Assembly (NCBI GenBank): GCA_002269645.1
Contig: NIVC01000376.1
Span: forward strand, 62,001 to 126,000
DNA length: 64,000 nt
Direction of reading: 5' to 3'
Source: Macrostomum lignano
Lineage: Eukaryota
A model generated the notes under the pieces. The model was not told the DNA's origin. It did not search any database and saw nothing but the letters and a program-made list of their open reading frames with translations. The position numbers and the translations under genes were made by a program. This document shows, one piece after another, positions 1 to 12,060 of this stretch (its first letter is position 1; every line of letters starts with the position of its first letter).

Positions 1-882
<882 letters not shown>

Positions 883-1704
883 TACCCAACAAACAGCAAT
901 TGTAACAGAAGTTCTTCTCTGATTATTCACTTAGCACGCATGCCAAGCGTGAATCCCAAACAGCTTCTCTAACTCTATTTATTTGCACTTTTACCTCGCC
1001 GAGGCCTCGTCAATAGCCCTCATTGTCTCAACAGATGCCGTTGGATCAGGGAAAAAAATCAGATTCAATGTGACAGATAAATCACAATTTTTTTCAACCG
1101 CAAGCACTTTATAAAAAGTTCTTCTGTTTGATCTCGTGTCGGCCGAAAGTCAGAACAGCTACGGTCAGACTGATGCGGAGGGTCCAAACTGTATAAACAA
1201 ATACTTGTCCCAGCAGCCCAGGCCAATTATGCACATGATTATCAGTTACAGGAAATTCAGCTATCATTTATCGAAGGTTTTTTTGACGCAACTGAACTGA
1301 ATTCTAACGTAGCGTTCGTTCTGATAACGTAAAGAACCGGATATTGCTACAAATTCTGCTTCTAGCACAGCTGCTTTAGCTGCGGCCAATGCTGCAAGTT
1401 AAAGAAGTAGGCACAGTCGGTGTAGCAAATTTTTAATCTAAAATTTATCCGGGACAGCTGCAGCGATAAATACATTTTTAATCGAACAGTCTGAAGGATA
1501 ACTTAAAATTAGGAGAGTTATATTGTGTAAAATTCGATCTCTTTAAACACTGAATCTATTCAGTCAATAAGGAGTTAACGTTGATCTTAAGCCTTTAGTC
1601 CAGTTGGCATGTTGGTTCTGGTAGGTTACCACCACAACCAAGATGCCAGCCTTCAGGCTTTCAAGCCTACCAACTATCAACTACCCCGACTCCTTCACCA
1701 CCAG

Positions 1705-2649
1705 CTATCGAGCATCATGGAGGTGGCCAGCGACGTCGAGCTGATCAAAGACCCGCTGAGCAGGCAGGCTAGCGTTCGCTACGTGGCAAAGTACATCGAG
1801 GACTCGCTCGGAGCGCAGCGCGAGTACAGGGCTGGCTGCCTAACAAAGTGCAAGCACTGCATAGCCAGGAATTTCCTATTTATTTGGTTCGGCAAACGGT
1901 ATGGCAACTTCCTTGTGTGCCTGTACCTCATCTGCAAGGTGCTGTACATCGGCAATGTGATTGGCCAGTTCTTCTTGATGAACAAGTACCTGGGCACCAA
2001 CTACACCTTCTATGGCATCGAACTGCTGCGTGATCTCGCAGAAGGCCACGAATGGGAGGAGAGTGGCAATTTCCCCCGCGTGACCCTGTGCGACTTTCAG
2101 GTGCGCAAAATGGGCGGCAACATTCACAGGCACACGGTGCAGTGCGTGCTGCCAATCAACATGTTCAACGAGAAGATTTACATCTTCCTGTGGTTCTGGT
2201 TGATCCTCGTGGCAGTTGTCGCCATCAGCAGCTTCTCATTCTGGATTTACAAGTCCGCATTCCGGTCGAATCGGACTCATTTCGTTCGCAAGTTTCTCAA
2301 GCTGCGCAGCGTCCTGGAGGCGGGCGACAAGAAGCGCAGCTTTCAGTTCGTAGACGACTATCTCCGGCCCGACGGGGTGTTCATCCTGCGACTGGTGGCG
2401 CAGAACGCCGGCGAGCTGGTGGCCTCGGAAGTGGCCGAGGCGCTGTGGCACTGCTACCGCTACCGGCCGGGGCACCACATGAACGACGGCAATCGCGGCG
2501 GCGGCGGCGGAGTCGGCGGTATCGGCGGCATTGTCGCCGACTCGGACAGCAAAAAGGCGACAAAGCGGAAAGGCGGGCAGCCGCAGCAGCAGCAGCAGCA
2601 GCAGCAGCCGCTGAACGGCCTGGACGACGATCCCGGAGAATTTGTTTAA
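1705..2649 (+). CDS. inx: Innexin (gap-junction protein), terminal coding exon; 5' exons lie outside the window
   Basis: Translation has innexin hallmarks: GNFLVCLYLICKVLY (TM3), YTFYG, FPRVTLCDFQVR, HTVQCVLPINMFNEKIYIFLWFW (EL2/TM4), YLRPDGVFILRLV. Likely phase-0 acceptor CACCAG|CTATCG at 1704/1705; an alternative AG at 1623-1624 is possible. Gly/Gln-rich tail. Confidence 0.93.
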   Translation, partial: LSSIMEVASDVELIKDPLSRQASVRYVAKYIEDSLGAQREYRAGCLTKCKHCIARNFLFIWFGKRYGNFLVCLYLICKVLYIGNVIGQFFLMNKYLGTNYTFYGIELLRDLAEGHEWEESGNFPRVTLCDFQVRKMGGNIHRHTVQCVLPINMFNEKIYIFLWFWLILVAVVAISSFSFWIYKSAFRSNRTHFVRKFLKLRSVLEAGDKKRSFQFVDDYLRPDGVFILRLVAQNAGELVASEVAEALWHCYRYRPGHHMNDGNRGGGGGVGGIGGIVADSDSKKATKRKGGQPQQQQQQQQPLNGLDDDPGEFV

Positions 2650-4717
2650 AACGTCTCGAGCTTCGATCACGTGACAGTTTATGATAGCGTACCCCTCGCA
2701 CTGTGCAGCATAATGAATTTTAAAGCTCTTAAAAGGTTAGCAAATGCTGATTTTAATCAATAGCAATGCCATTGATTGCGAATTTTTTAACTTTGACATT
2801 TACATTACCTACAGCTCTTCTGTTGATTGATTCGTTGACAAAAAAGCAAAAGACTTAATTTTAGACTTAATAATACAATATGAGCAATAAGTGAAAAGTT
2901 GAGGTTAAAATTAGTTTTTGAAAAGTATAAAGCTGTTGTAGCTTTGGATTATTAATCGAAAGATACTAGAAGTAGATTTATTTTATTATTCGTTGAATTT
3001 ATATGGATAATATACGTAGTTTAAGTAAATTAGTAGATAATCTATTTAATTCAGTAATTCTTGTTCACTAATACACAATTTTGTATTTCACATGAATTTT
3101 TGACAAAAGCTTTGCTATAATTGTGATTTCTGATCGATCTAATTCAACTACTTAATTAATGAACTCAGAAATGAGATCGAACGATTATTTCTATGTATAA
3201 TATAATATTTAATATTTATGTATAATATTTATGCAACATTTATGTATAATTATTTTTATAGGTAAAGATATATAATTAATTTACTTTCCGATTCATTTAA
3301 ATTTCTCTCTCTCGCCTTCACTGGATAATACAGCACGCAAACTCTTAAAGTACATGCACAAACCATAATTATGCTGGTATCGTCAGATATGAACAATCAT
3401 ATTTACCACTTATTATGACTTCCCTTTGTTAGGTAGTACACGTTAAAGTAAATTTTTTTATTAAGGGAAATAATTACCTGCTTGAACAATTGAATGGTGC
3501 CTAATGAATATGAAGAAATTAATATGACTGTGAATAATACCTGATCGTTAGCTAAATAATAGATAGCTAGCTCTAAGTTCTTTTATGCTTTTAAAACACA
3601 TTTTGTTTTAATGGTTGCATCAACTCTTGTTACTGCACGATGGGACTGGTTCATTGTGAGCTACTTATGTTGTGATTTGTTGTGAATAGATTTCGATATC
3701 AAAACGAAAATTATTTGGCTTGAAAACTATGTTTCTCGTATAAAATACAAGTATTTTGACATGATTATTCTGCGAGAGTTTTTGTAGCGATCAAATATTT
3801 TTCGCTCTCTTAAAAAAGGATGTATCCGTAAAGTAAATAAAAACTGTTTAGATTTATTGTCTCTCATGTATTATAACAAATTGTGTTTCTCTTGTTTGAT
3901 TCTTTTACTGGTAAATTCTGGTTTTCTCACTAGCTTACTATCAGTGAGGCGCAGTGCTTGATTGGCGGTGTATGGAATGTACCAGCAATCATAGCTAGAA
4001 GAAAAATCCGACCTTCTGGCAGAATCGTTGAATATCATCAATCGGTTTAATTGCTGGGCTGCATGGCGAGTTTGTATTTTTGTGAAGCGTTTGTCGCTCA
4101 TTTGTAGATTTGACTAAACGCTGTTCGCGTTTCACAAGACTTCACACTTCACTGCACTTCACAAGACACTGACATGTACATGTACTGTATAACCTTGATT
4201 CGCTTATGCAATGTGATCTGCGCTCGCCTATCCAAGCGTTGAATTATAAGCTCGAAAACGATTGCGTCAATAGAGGAGCAGAGCTCTCGCGAAATTCTCT
4301 TGGTCGAATTCTGATCACATTGGGTAAACAGCTGTGCGAAATGTAGTAAGATGATTAAAACTAGACAGCAATTTCAGAGCAGTTGTGAATCACCAAAAAC
4401 CTCCCCCCCCGTTGACGGCAGATGACAGATCGATCGGTGAGTCAACAACATTGTGCAGAGTACAGTGGTGGATTCGGCAAAATTCGACAAACTTTCGATT
4501 GCCCGGAATGCATGAGTTAAAACCAGCTCAAAACAAATTCGGTATTTGGTCCAAACGTGGCCGTCTCTTAGCTCCATATTAGGGAACGAGACGGCTTGGG
4601 GAAGTTACGAATTAGGCAGAAATTGCAGCATTTTCGCCAATTTCCTGTAGATAAATTGCCACTGCAGCGATTATAAAAGCGCTTTTAAAACGGCAAAATT
4701 TAACTTGAAGCTTTAAA

Positions 4718-7062
4718 ATGATTTTCACTGCAGTAGCGGCATTGCTGCTAGCGAGTACACACACCAGTGCTCAAGCGCAGGCGACCTGCGATTTCACGGA
4801 CTCATCGTGTTGCCAGGACTCTAAATGCGAGTTCTATGGCGACTGCTGCCACCGTTCATTAAAGCCAAGGTCCCCCCTGCTGCACTGCCACTCGCTGGTA
4901 CTGTTGGCAAACGACTCGCTCGCGCAAGATGACCAACTAAGCCACTCGCACTACTGGATCGTGGCTCGATGCCCAAAGTCCAGCAGTCAATCAGAGCAGC
5001 AGCGATGCACCAAGTTTCAGGAAGGACCGCTCGACCCAGACTCCCTACCAGTGTGGGGCGCCTCGGGTCGATTGTACCAAAACAGCCACTGCCTGCGTTG
5101 TAATGGGGACGAGCCAGACGAAATTGTGTCCCAAATACAAGTCAGCAAAAATCCCGCTTGCAACTTGGAGAGCATCCGCTCCAGCTACTCACCGGCCGGG
5201 CTAGTCCTACCTGTTGGCTGTTGGGTTCACCACTACTTGCACAGCCGCCAGAGCCGATGGTCGCTCAGGCCCTGCCCACTGATAGACTCATGCCCCATTG
5301 GCAGCGAGGCCAATGTCACCACGGAGTGCCGGCTAGGTCCCGCGGAATGGACACGGTTCAGAAATTGGTCCAACTGCTACGCTCGCAATGCCGCCTGCAG
5401 CTGGTGCAATTCAAATGCCACAACAAAATGTGATCACAAGCGCTCGTTGCCAGGCGTCGTGATGCAAAACCTCGATCCAATCGATTTCATCATCAATTTC
5501 CGTCTGGACTATTTTTCTCAAATTTCCAACGAATCGGCGAGGAATTACACGACACAGGAGACAAATCCGTGGCTATTGAACATGCAGGCTTCGCTGTTAG
5601 CAGCCTCCGACGCAGGTCTGGTTTGCCTGCTGGCTACCTACGCGTCGTTTGCCACTCTGCGCAACCGGGCGGGTCTGCTTCTCATGTCGCATGGAGTGGC
5701 TCTGCTGCTGGTGAACACCGTCTGTTTAATGTGGCTCATCTGGCCCGAGAACACAGGCTCTAACACGAGTTGGCCTCTGCTTCCGCCTCTGCTAGTCTTC
5801 TGCTTCAACTCGGCATTCGCCTGGGCGGCTCTGTTCGGCGTGGATCTGCTGCGCACATTGCGGGCCTCCATGCGGCCTGCGAGCTCGCGCTCGCCGCATT
5901 ATCTTCGATTCGCACTGCTGGGCTGGGGCGTCCCGGCTCTGCTGGCCGCGGCAGTGGCCGCCGCCCTGCAGTTTGGAGGTCAGCTGTCGGCTTTGGAATG
6001 GCGACTGCTCCAGGTGCGTCTTTTGCCGCGATTTTAACTTTAATAACTTGTAGCTATTTGGATGTACATATACAAGCGGCCGTGACGATTCCCATTGTGA
6101 GGCATTTGAATCGAACCTTTACTCAAATATGCTTTTGAAGAGGTTTGTAGTCTAGTGGTTAGAGCGTCGGACTTACGACTGAAAGGTCGGGGGTTCGATC
6201 CCGATCCTACACGGAACAATTTGTGTCCCTGAGCAGGACACTAAACTCTGCATTGCTTCAGTTCACCCAGCTGTAAAATGGGTGCCAGCATTAGCTGGGG
6301 TAATTGAGGGTGCGTGTGGCGACCCCCCCTTCCCCAGTCCTTGGACTGAACAGCCGTACGCAGCCTTCAGATGCGCCGCGCAATAACTGCGGCTGAGCGG
6401 TCGATTGTTTAGTTTAGCTATATTACTTTTGCTCAATACAGTGCGATTGCAAAGTCGCAATATAGCAATCTACTGTCCAATCCAACCCAACCAAGGCCTT
6501 TCTGGTGTTCACTCCCTGGCTGCTGACGCTCCTGTTCAACGGCTGCGTCCTGACGCTGCTCTGGCACCGCTTGCTTCGGCTGGCCCGCCAGACCGGCCGC
6601 GCCCTGCAGGGCCCAGAATCGGCCACGTCGGCTAGCGCGGCGTCGGACTCCGATCTGGTCCGACTGGCCGGAGCCACTGGCCGGGTGTCCGTCCTGCTGG
6701 GCCTGTGCTGGCTGCCCTTCTGCCTGGCCATCCTGACCGATCTCGGCCACGACTCGCCGCTGTACACGGCGGCCACCGTAGCTAGAAATCTTCACGGCCT
6801 CCTGCTGAGCGTCGCATTCGTTGGCAGCCGTCGAGTTCGTCGACAAGTGTCCCATCGAGCGTCGAGCCTCAGCTCTGCCATTAGTCGACGGTTGAGGCGT
6901 CCAACGACGCAGAGGCAGGACCGAGACGACCGGAAGCCAAGCATGCAGCCCCCGGAAGTGTCCAAATGCGACGATACAAAACGAAGGCGCTTCTTGGCTG
7001 TCCATCTGCGCTCGGAGCAGAGGCGAATCTCCGATGCAAAGACCACGGAGATTTCTACGTGA
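4718..7062 (+). CDS. Secretin-class (7tm_2) Methuselah-like GPCR with signal peptide, somatomedin-B-like and Cys-rich ectodomain; exons 4718-6013 and 6496-7062 (~620 aa)
   Basis: Signal peptide MIFTAVAALLLAS; SMB-like CCQDSKCEFYGDCC; two Cys modules ending LYQNSHCLRCN and YARNAACSWCN; TM1-LRNRAG-TM2; FAWAALFGVDLLRTL; LGWGVPALL; VLLGLCWLPF; NLHGLLLSVAFV. Phase-0 intron CAG|GTGCGT (6013/6014) to CCAAG|GCC (6495/6496) joins the two ORFs in frame. Confidence 0.85.
6140..6405 (+). mobile_element. tRNA-derived SINE with CORE-like central domain (copy 1, inside the GPCR intron)
   Basis: A box TAGTCTAGTGG, B box GGTTCGATCCC, then TGTGTCCCTGAGCAGGACACTAAACTCTGCATTGCTTCAGTTCACCCAGCTGTAAAATGGG, which resembles the MIR/CORE block. 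Confidence 0.85.
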
Positions 7063-7368
7063 CATTCTGATCCCCTTCCTGACGAAGACTCACTGCCGAA
7101 TATCTCGTACAGACTACAATGAAAGTTATTTCGATTGAGTCTTTAGCGTAATAATCTTAAAACTATTCGAAATCCAGCGGATAGTTTCCATTACATAAAG
7201 GCTACAAATAAAAGCTATCAAGAGGCTGTCACCAGTTGTTAGAATCCGTTGTTAAAGGCCTCCACGACGGTCTTAGGCATCTATTGAAATCCGGCGACTC
7301 ATTAAGTGATCTATTTGTGCACGAATTCGAATAAGAATTGAGTCAATCCGATATATTCAAATAATAAA

Positions 7369-7665
7369 GAGGGTTGTAGCCTAGTGGTTAGAGCTCTCGG
7401 ACTCATGACTGAAAGGTCGGGGGTTCGATTGTCGATTTGCTTGTAACAAGTTGTGTCCTTGAGCAAGACGCTTAAACTCTGCATTGCTTCAGTTCACCCA
7501 GCTATAAAATGGGTGCCAGCATTAGCTGGGGTAATTGAGGCTGTGTGTGGCGACCCCCAGTCCTTGGACTGAACAGCCGTACGCAGCCTTCAGATGCGCC
7601 GCGCAATGGCTGCGGCTGAGCTGTCGGTTCCATTAGGGCGGGTGTAATCAATTTTTTATTACTAT
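7369..7665 (+). mobile_element. Same SINE family, copy 2, with (ATT)-rich tail
   Basis: Collinear with 6140-6405; ends GGGTGTAATCAATTTTTTATTACTATT. Confidence 0.85.
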
Positions 7666-7947
7666 TTTTAAATAAAAACTTCGTAAAATTGAAACATTTT
7701 TACAGTTACAACAGGGATTACGCATTTTTAGTTAGGTTATTTATAAATTAAATTATAAATTAGTAATAAGGCGTTTAAATGCCTCTACCAACATACTAAA
7801 AATTTAAAGAGTAAGCTACTAATAGTAGAGTGCTATGCAGTACTGTGGTAGTTTTCAACTTAGAATATTTTTTATCTTTCACTGTTTTTTCAGAGTGAGT
7901 AAGAAGTTAGACCTAACTTCATTAAACTTCAGTCATCACAAATGATT

Positions 7948-8267
7948 TCAGTTGGTTTTAGAGAATCCAATCAGGAGACCTCCAGCTCCGGGCATATCGA
8001 ACATTGAGCAGCTCAGCATCTCAGCATTGAAATGGACTCCTTTGCAGACATAAATTGAGCTCAGGCACTCTATCAAGCACTCCGAGGGACTGCGAGCCCA
8101 GAGCTTCTGGACTGGATGGATGTCTTTGGACGGGAGTCCTTGGTGAAGCTGATATACTGCATTTTTTAGGTGAGTTAAATTGATTGTGAGCCCCTGGCTT
8201 GAAATCGTCCTTCGGCGAAATCGTCCCTCACCATGCGGTGAGGCAAATCTACACAGTTGGTTGACTC
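7948..8267 (-). CDS. Terminal exon encoding a PAN/apple domain (CUB-CUB-PAN gene)
   Basis: ARSPSECLIECLSSIYVCKGVHFNAEMLSCSMFD fits the PAN Cys pattern S-x2-EC-x3-C-x5-C-x2-(F)-x6-C. Phase-1 acceptor TTCAG|GA at 8268/8267; a second phase-1 acceptor TGCAG near 8157 is also compatible. Confidence 0.65.
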
Positions 8268-8335
8268 CTGAACACATACTGTACACATGCTGTCAAGCAC
8301 TCAGGCACATGCTCACACAGGGTGTACACAGCGGC

Positions 8336-8760
8336 ACTCACTCACTCACTTACTCACTCACTCTCTCACTCACTCACTCACTCACTCACTCACTCACTCA
8401 CTCACTCACTCACTCACTCATTCACCCGGAGAAACACTCACTCATTCACCCGGAGAAACACTCACTCATTCACCCGGAGAAACACTCACTCATTCACCCG
8501 GAGAAACACTCACTCATTCACCTGGAGCAACACTCACTCATTCACCCGGAGCAACACTCACTCATTCACCCGGAGAAACACTCACTCATTCACCCGGAGA
8601 AACACTCCTCATTCACCTGGAGCAACACTCACTCATTCACCTGGAGCAACACTCACTCATTCACCCGGAGAAACACTCACTCATTCACCCGGAGAAACAC
8701 TCACTCATTCACCCGGAGAAACACCCACTCATTCTGTCATTCACCCGGAGAAACACTCAC
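8336..8760. repeat. (CTCA)n grading into a 24-bp minisatellite CACTCACTCATTCACCCGGAGAAA; intronic
   Basis: Direct reading; it explains the repetitive ORFs 8180-9115, 8287-8799 and 8322-8792. Confidence 0.95.
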
Positions 8761-9120
8761 GGTGGCTCCTCCCTTCCAGTGCAGTCACGTAGAGTTTAAA
8801 CTCAAATCCGTACCAAAGCCGATTCCCGCAAGCTTTCAGTCGAATCTCCACCGCATTGGTTTCAACATCAATAGTTTCGTTATCACCAAGACGAATCAAC
8901 TTGTCTGTCGAGTTGACAATCAGCGATACTCGACCCGGACAGACGTCCGAGTCCTGTTGAGTTATTTGCATTTTAAATACGAAGTTGAAGGGAACCGTGA
9001 CTACGCAGCGACTTGGTTCTCCACTGAGGTAGTGGCTGCAGTAGCGGTAGCCGAGCTGGCTAGTCAGAGACTGCTCAGCCGGCGATGGGGTAATCAGTAT
9101 TGCCTGAGTGGCTGAGTACA
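8761..9120 (-). CDS. Internal exon with a divergent CUB-like domain
   Basis: YLSGEPSRCVVTVPFNFVFKMQITQQDSDVCPGRVSLIV...IDVETNAVEIRL...WYGFEFKLY resembles a CUB beta-sandwich. Acceptor TTGCAG at 9121, donor C|GTGAGT at 8761/8760 (phase 1, matching the PAN exon). Confidence 0.5.
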
Positions 9121-9158
9121 CTGCAATTGGAAATGGTATAGTTGCCAATACTCTTATT

Positions 9159-9590
9159 CCAGGTAACCCTGATTCCAGGTAACCCTGATTCCAGGTAACC
9201 CTGATTCCAGGTAACCCTGATTCCAGGTAACCCTGATTCCAGGTAACCCTGATTCCAGGTAACCCTGATTCCAGGTAACCCTGATTCCAGGTAACCCTGA
9301 TTCCAGGTAACCCTGATTCCAGGTAACCCTGATTCCAGGTAACCCTGATTCCAGGTAACCCTGATTCCAGGTAACCCTGATTCCAGGTAACCCTGATTCC
9401 AGGTAACCCTGATTCCAGGTAACCCTGATTCCAGGTAACCCTGATTCCAGGTAACCCTGATTCCAGGTAACCCTGATTCCAGGTAACCCTGATTCCAGGT
9501 AACCCTGATTCCAGGTAACCCTGATTCCAGGTAACCCTGATTCCAGGTAACCCTGATTCCAGGTAACCCTGATTCCAGGTAACCCTGATT
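9159..9590. repeat. Perfect 27 x 16-bp array (CCAGGTAACCCTGATT)n
   Basis: 432 bp = 27 units; no variant unit seen. Confidence 0.97.
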
Positions 9591-9596
9591 CCAGGG

Positions 9597-9597
9597 T

Positions 9598-9631
<34 letters not shown>

Positions 9632-9655
9632 GCTAACTAACTAACTAACTACATG

Positions 9656-9742
<87 letters not shown>

Positions 9743-9787
9743 ATAACTAACTAACTAACTAAATAACTAAATAACTAACTAACTAAC
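9597..9787. repeat. (TAAC)n microsatellite (same motif as 1-882, opposite orientation)
   Basis: Direct reading. Confidence 0.97.
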
Positions 9788-9808
9788 CCACTGAGAAACG
9801 CAACTCAC

Positions 9809-10057
9809 AATCCATCCTGACATCATTTCAGCAACCCTACAATTGGATCCCTAATCATAGCCGTGCTCAAAGCGCAGGTACTGAACAGACACGGATAGGT
9901 AATGGTTCGGCTCGGCAACCAGAGTCCAACTGCAGTTCACGTTGTTGGCGTAGGTGCACCTGGTATTTCTGCACAAGTTCAGGTAGTCTGCATGGCTTCT
10001 CAAATAGCGGCGCTGGTACCAGGTAGTTGGCGCGGTCAGTCTGGTGTCCTGAGCAGT
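9809..10057 (-). pseudogene. Canonical CUB-domain exon absent from the ORF track, interrupted by an in-frame TAG (9851-9853)
   Basis: Manual translation: TAQDTRLTAPTTWYQRRYLRSHADYLNLCRNTRCTYANNVNCSWTLVAEPNHYLSVSVQYLRFEHGYD*GSNCRVAEMMSGWI. YANNVNCSWTLVA...L.V....E.GYD is a textbook CUB motif. Pyrimidine tract + CAG acceptor at 10058; donor GTGAGT at 9808. Confidence 0.7.
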
Positions 10058-10107
10058 CTGCAGGTTGCGGTGTGGCGAGCGAGAGAGCGGCAGAGTCCCA
10101 AATTTTC

Positions 10108-10575
10108 ATACAGCTTCCATACTCTACAAACAGCTTCCATACTTTACGAACAGCTTCCATACATGTACTCAGCTTCGAAACAGCTTCCATTATCTCCAAA
10201 CAGCTTCCACAATCACAAACAGCTTCCACAATCTCCAAATAGCTTTCATAATCTCTAAACAGCTTCCACAATCTCAAATAGCTTCCATTATCTCCTAACA
10301 GCTTCCATAATCTCTAAACAGCTTCCATAATCACTAAACAGCTTCCACAATCTCCAAACAGCTTCCATAATCTCCAAAAAGGTTCCATAATCTCCAAACA
10401 GCTTCCATACTTTACGAACAGCTTCCACAATCTCCCAATGCTTCCAAAATCCAAATAGCTTCCGCAATCCACAAAAAGCTTCCACAAGCTCCAAATAGCT
10501 TCCGCAATCCACAAAAAGCTTCCACAAGCTCCAAATAGCTTCCATAATTTCTCAATAGCTTCCATTAATCTCCAA
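10108..10575. repeat. Imperfect ~20-bp minisatellite (CAGCTTCCATAATCTCCAAA)
   Basis: Direct reading. Confidence 0.9.
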
Positions 10576-11114
10576 TACAATATACATGTACAGGTAGTTT
10601 CCTAAATCCACACTTAAAGTTTTCCTGCTGAAAACCCCTGAATATTACAAGAATCAATTTCAATAAGTCTCTGAAACTCTCCACTAGTACCGTGGCTTCC
10701 CTAACCCCCATAAGCTCGCTGTTATGTGTATATTGCTAGTGTTTCGTACACTGCAAAAACTTACAGCTGATTAGTGTATAGAATGTTATAGCGAACTGCA
10801 GAGCAACCAACAACAGTGGAGTAAACGCCATCAAAATGCAAGATGTGAGACAAAAAACCATTTCAATTTTCAAGCGACGATATTATTGATGCAATATATA
10901 ATGAAATCGATTCCAATACGTATCCCATAGCAACCAAGTAATCATTTTTTGTTTATCTACGCGCAAAAAATTAATGTTTCTAGGGCGTCAATAAATGCAA
11001 TTTAAAAAAATTATTGCATTTTTTATTTGAGCAACAAAAGAACCAATCAATTTTATTAACTTCTGTATGTCCCAGAATATGACAGATATTGCTATGATTG
11101 CAACCTTGAGTTAC

Positions 11115-11177
11115 CTTAGCGACGGCGCTACAACAGACAATTAAGGGTCAGTTCAGACAAGGCAACAGCTGAGACAT
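11115..11177 (-). CDS. Candidate signal-peptide exon of the CUB-CUB-PAN gene (contains an in-frame TGA)
   Basis: ATG at 11177 gives MSQLLPCLN*PLIVCCSAVAK followed by a strong phase-0 donor AAG|GTAACT, matching the phase-0 CUB exon. Upstream acceptor CACTTTCAG near 11220. Confidence 0.3.
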
Positions 11178-11289
11178 TAGCTAAACCATTCTCAACAACG
11201 AGTCTCCTCTTTTCAAATACTGAAAGTGCGAAACATCAAACCAGAATTACAGGAAACATCAGATTAGTATTCAAGAAACACACTAGACC

Positions 11290-11935
11290 TGCCATTCAGG
11301 AAGCACCGCCCTGGCCATTCCAGGAAACACGAAACCGGCCATTCCAGGAAACACCAAACCGGCCATTCCAGGAAACACCAGACCGGCCATTCCAGGAAGC
11401 ACCAGACCGGCCATTCCAGGAAGCACCAGACCGGCCATTCCAGGAAACACCAAACCGGCCATTCCAGGAAACATCAAACCGGCCATTCCAGGAAACATCA
11501 AACCGGCCATTCCAGGAAACACCAGACCGACCATTCCAGGAAGCACCAGACCGGCCATTCCAGGAAACACCAAACCGGCCATTCCAGGAAACATCAAACC
11601 GGCCATTCTAGGAAACACCAGACCGACCATTCCAGGAAACACCAGACGGGCCATTCCAGGAAACACCAAACCGGCCATTCCAGGAAACACCAAACCGACC
11701 ATTCTAGGAAACACCAGACCGATCATTCCAGGAAACACCAGACCGGCCATTCCAGGAAACACCAGAACGGCCAGGCCATTCCCGGAAACACCAGAACGGC
11801 CAGGCCAGGAAGCACCAGACCGGCCATTCCAAGAAACACCAGACCGGCCATTCCAGGAAACACCAAACCGACCATTCTAGGAAACACCAGACCGACCATT
11901 CCAGGAAACACCAGACCGGCCATTTCAAGAAACAA
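11290..11935. repeat. 24-bp minisatellite (CCAGGAAACACCAGACCGGCCATT)
   Basis: Direct reading; source of the LVFPGMAG repeat ORFs. Confidence 0.95.
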
Positions 11936-11949
11936 CAGGGGCCCAATCA

Positions 11950-12060
11950 TACATGCGCAACCATCACTCGGCCGTTTCTATTGGCAACACACGTGTAAGT
12001 CGTTATTGGCCAAGAGCAGTCACGTGACTACTATTCCGTCCAATAGGTGAATCCCTAGGT
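11950..12060. mobile_element. Partially deleted copy of the palindromic element at 59700-59855
   Basis: Shares TTTCTATTGGCAACAC...TAAG, GCAGTCACGTGACTACTATTCCGTCCAATAG and ATCCCTAG with the reverse complement of 59700-59855. Confidence 0.65.

Noticed and set aside
1609-1704. ATG at 1609 as the innexin start
   Set aside because: TM1, EL1 and TM2 are missing; the first ~32 codons look like intron read-through.
2052-2701. Overlapping alternative-frame and antisense ORFs over innexin (likewise over GPCR, PAK, PPEF and DIRS)
   Set aside because: Expected shadows of GC-rich coding sequence with no independent protein features.
6140-6215. tRNA genes at SINE heads (also 7369, 34080-34148, 37750-37822, 55638-55696)
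   Set aside because: No pairing acceptor stem and the anticodon region varies among copies; the first four run into the SINE body, and the 55638 piece is a remnant inside the satellite-bearing element.
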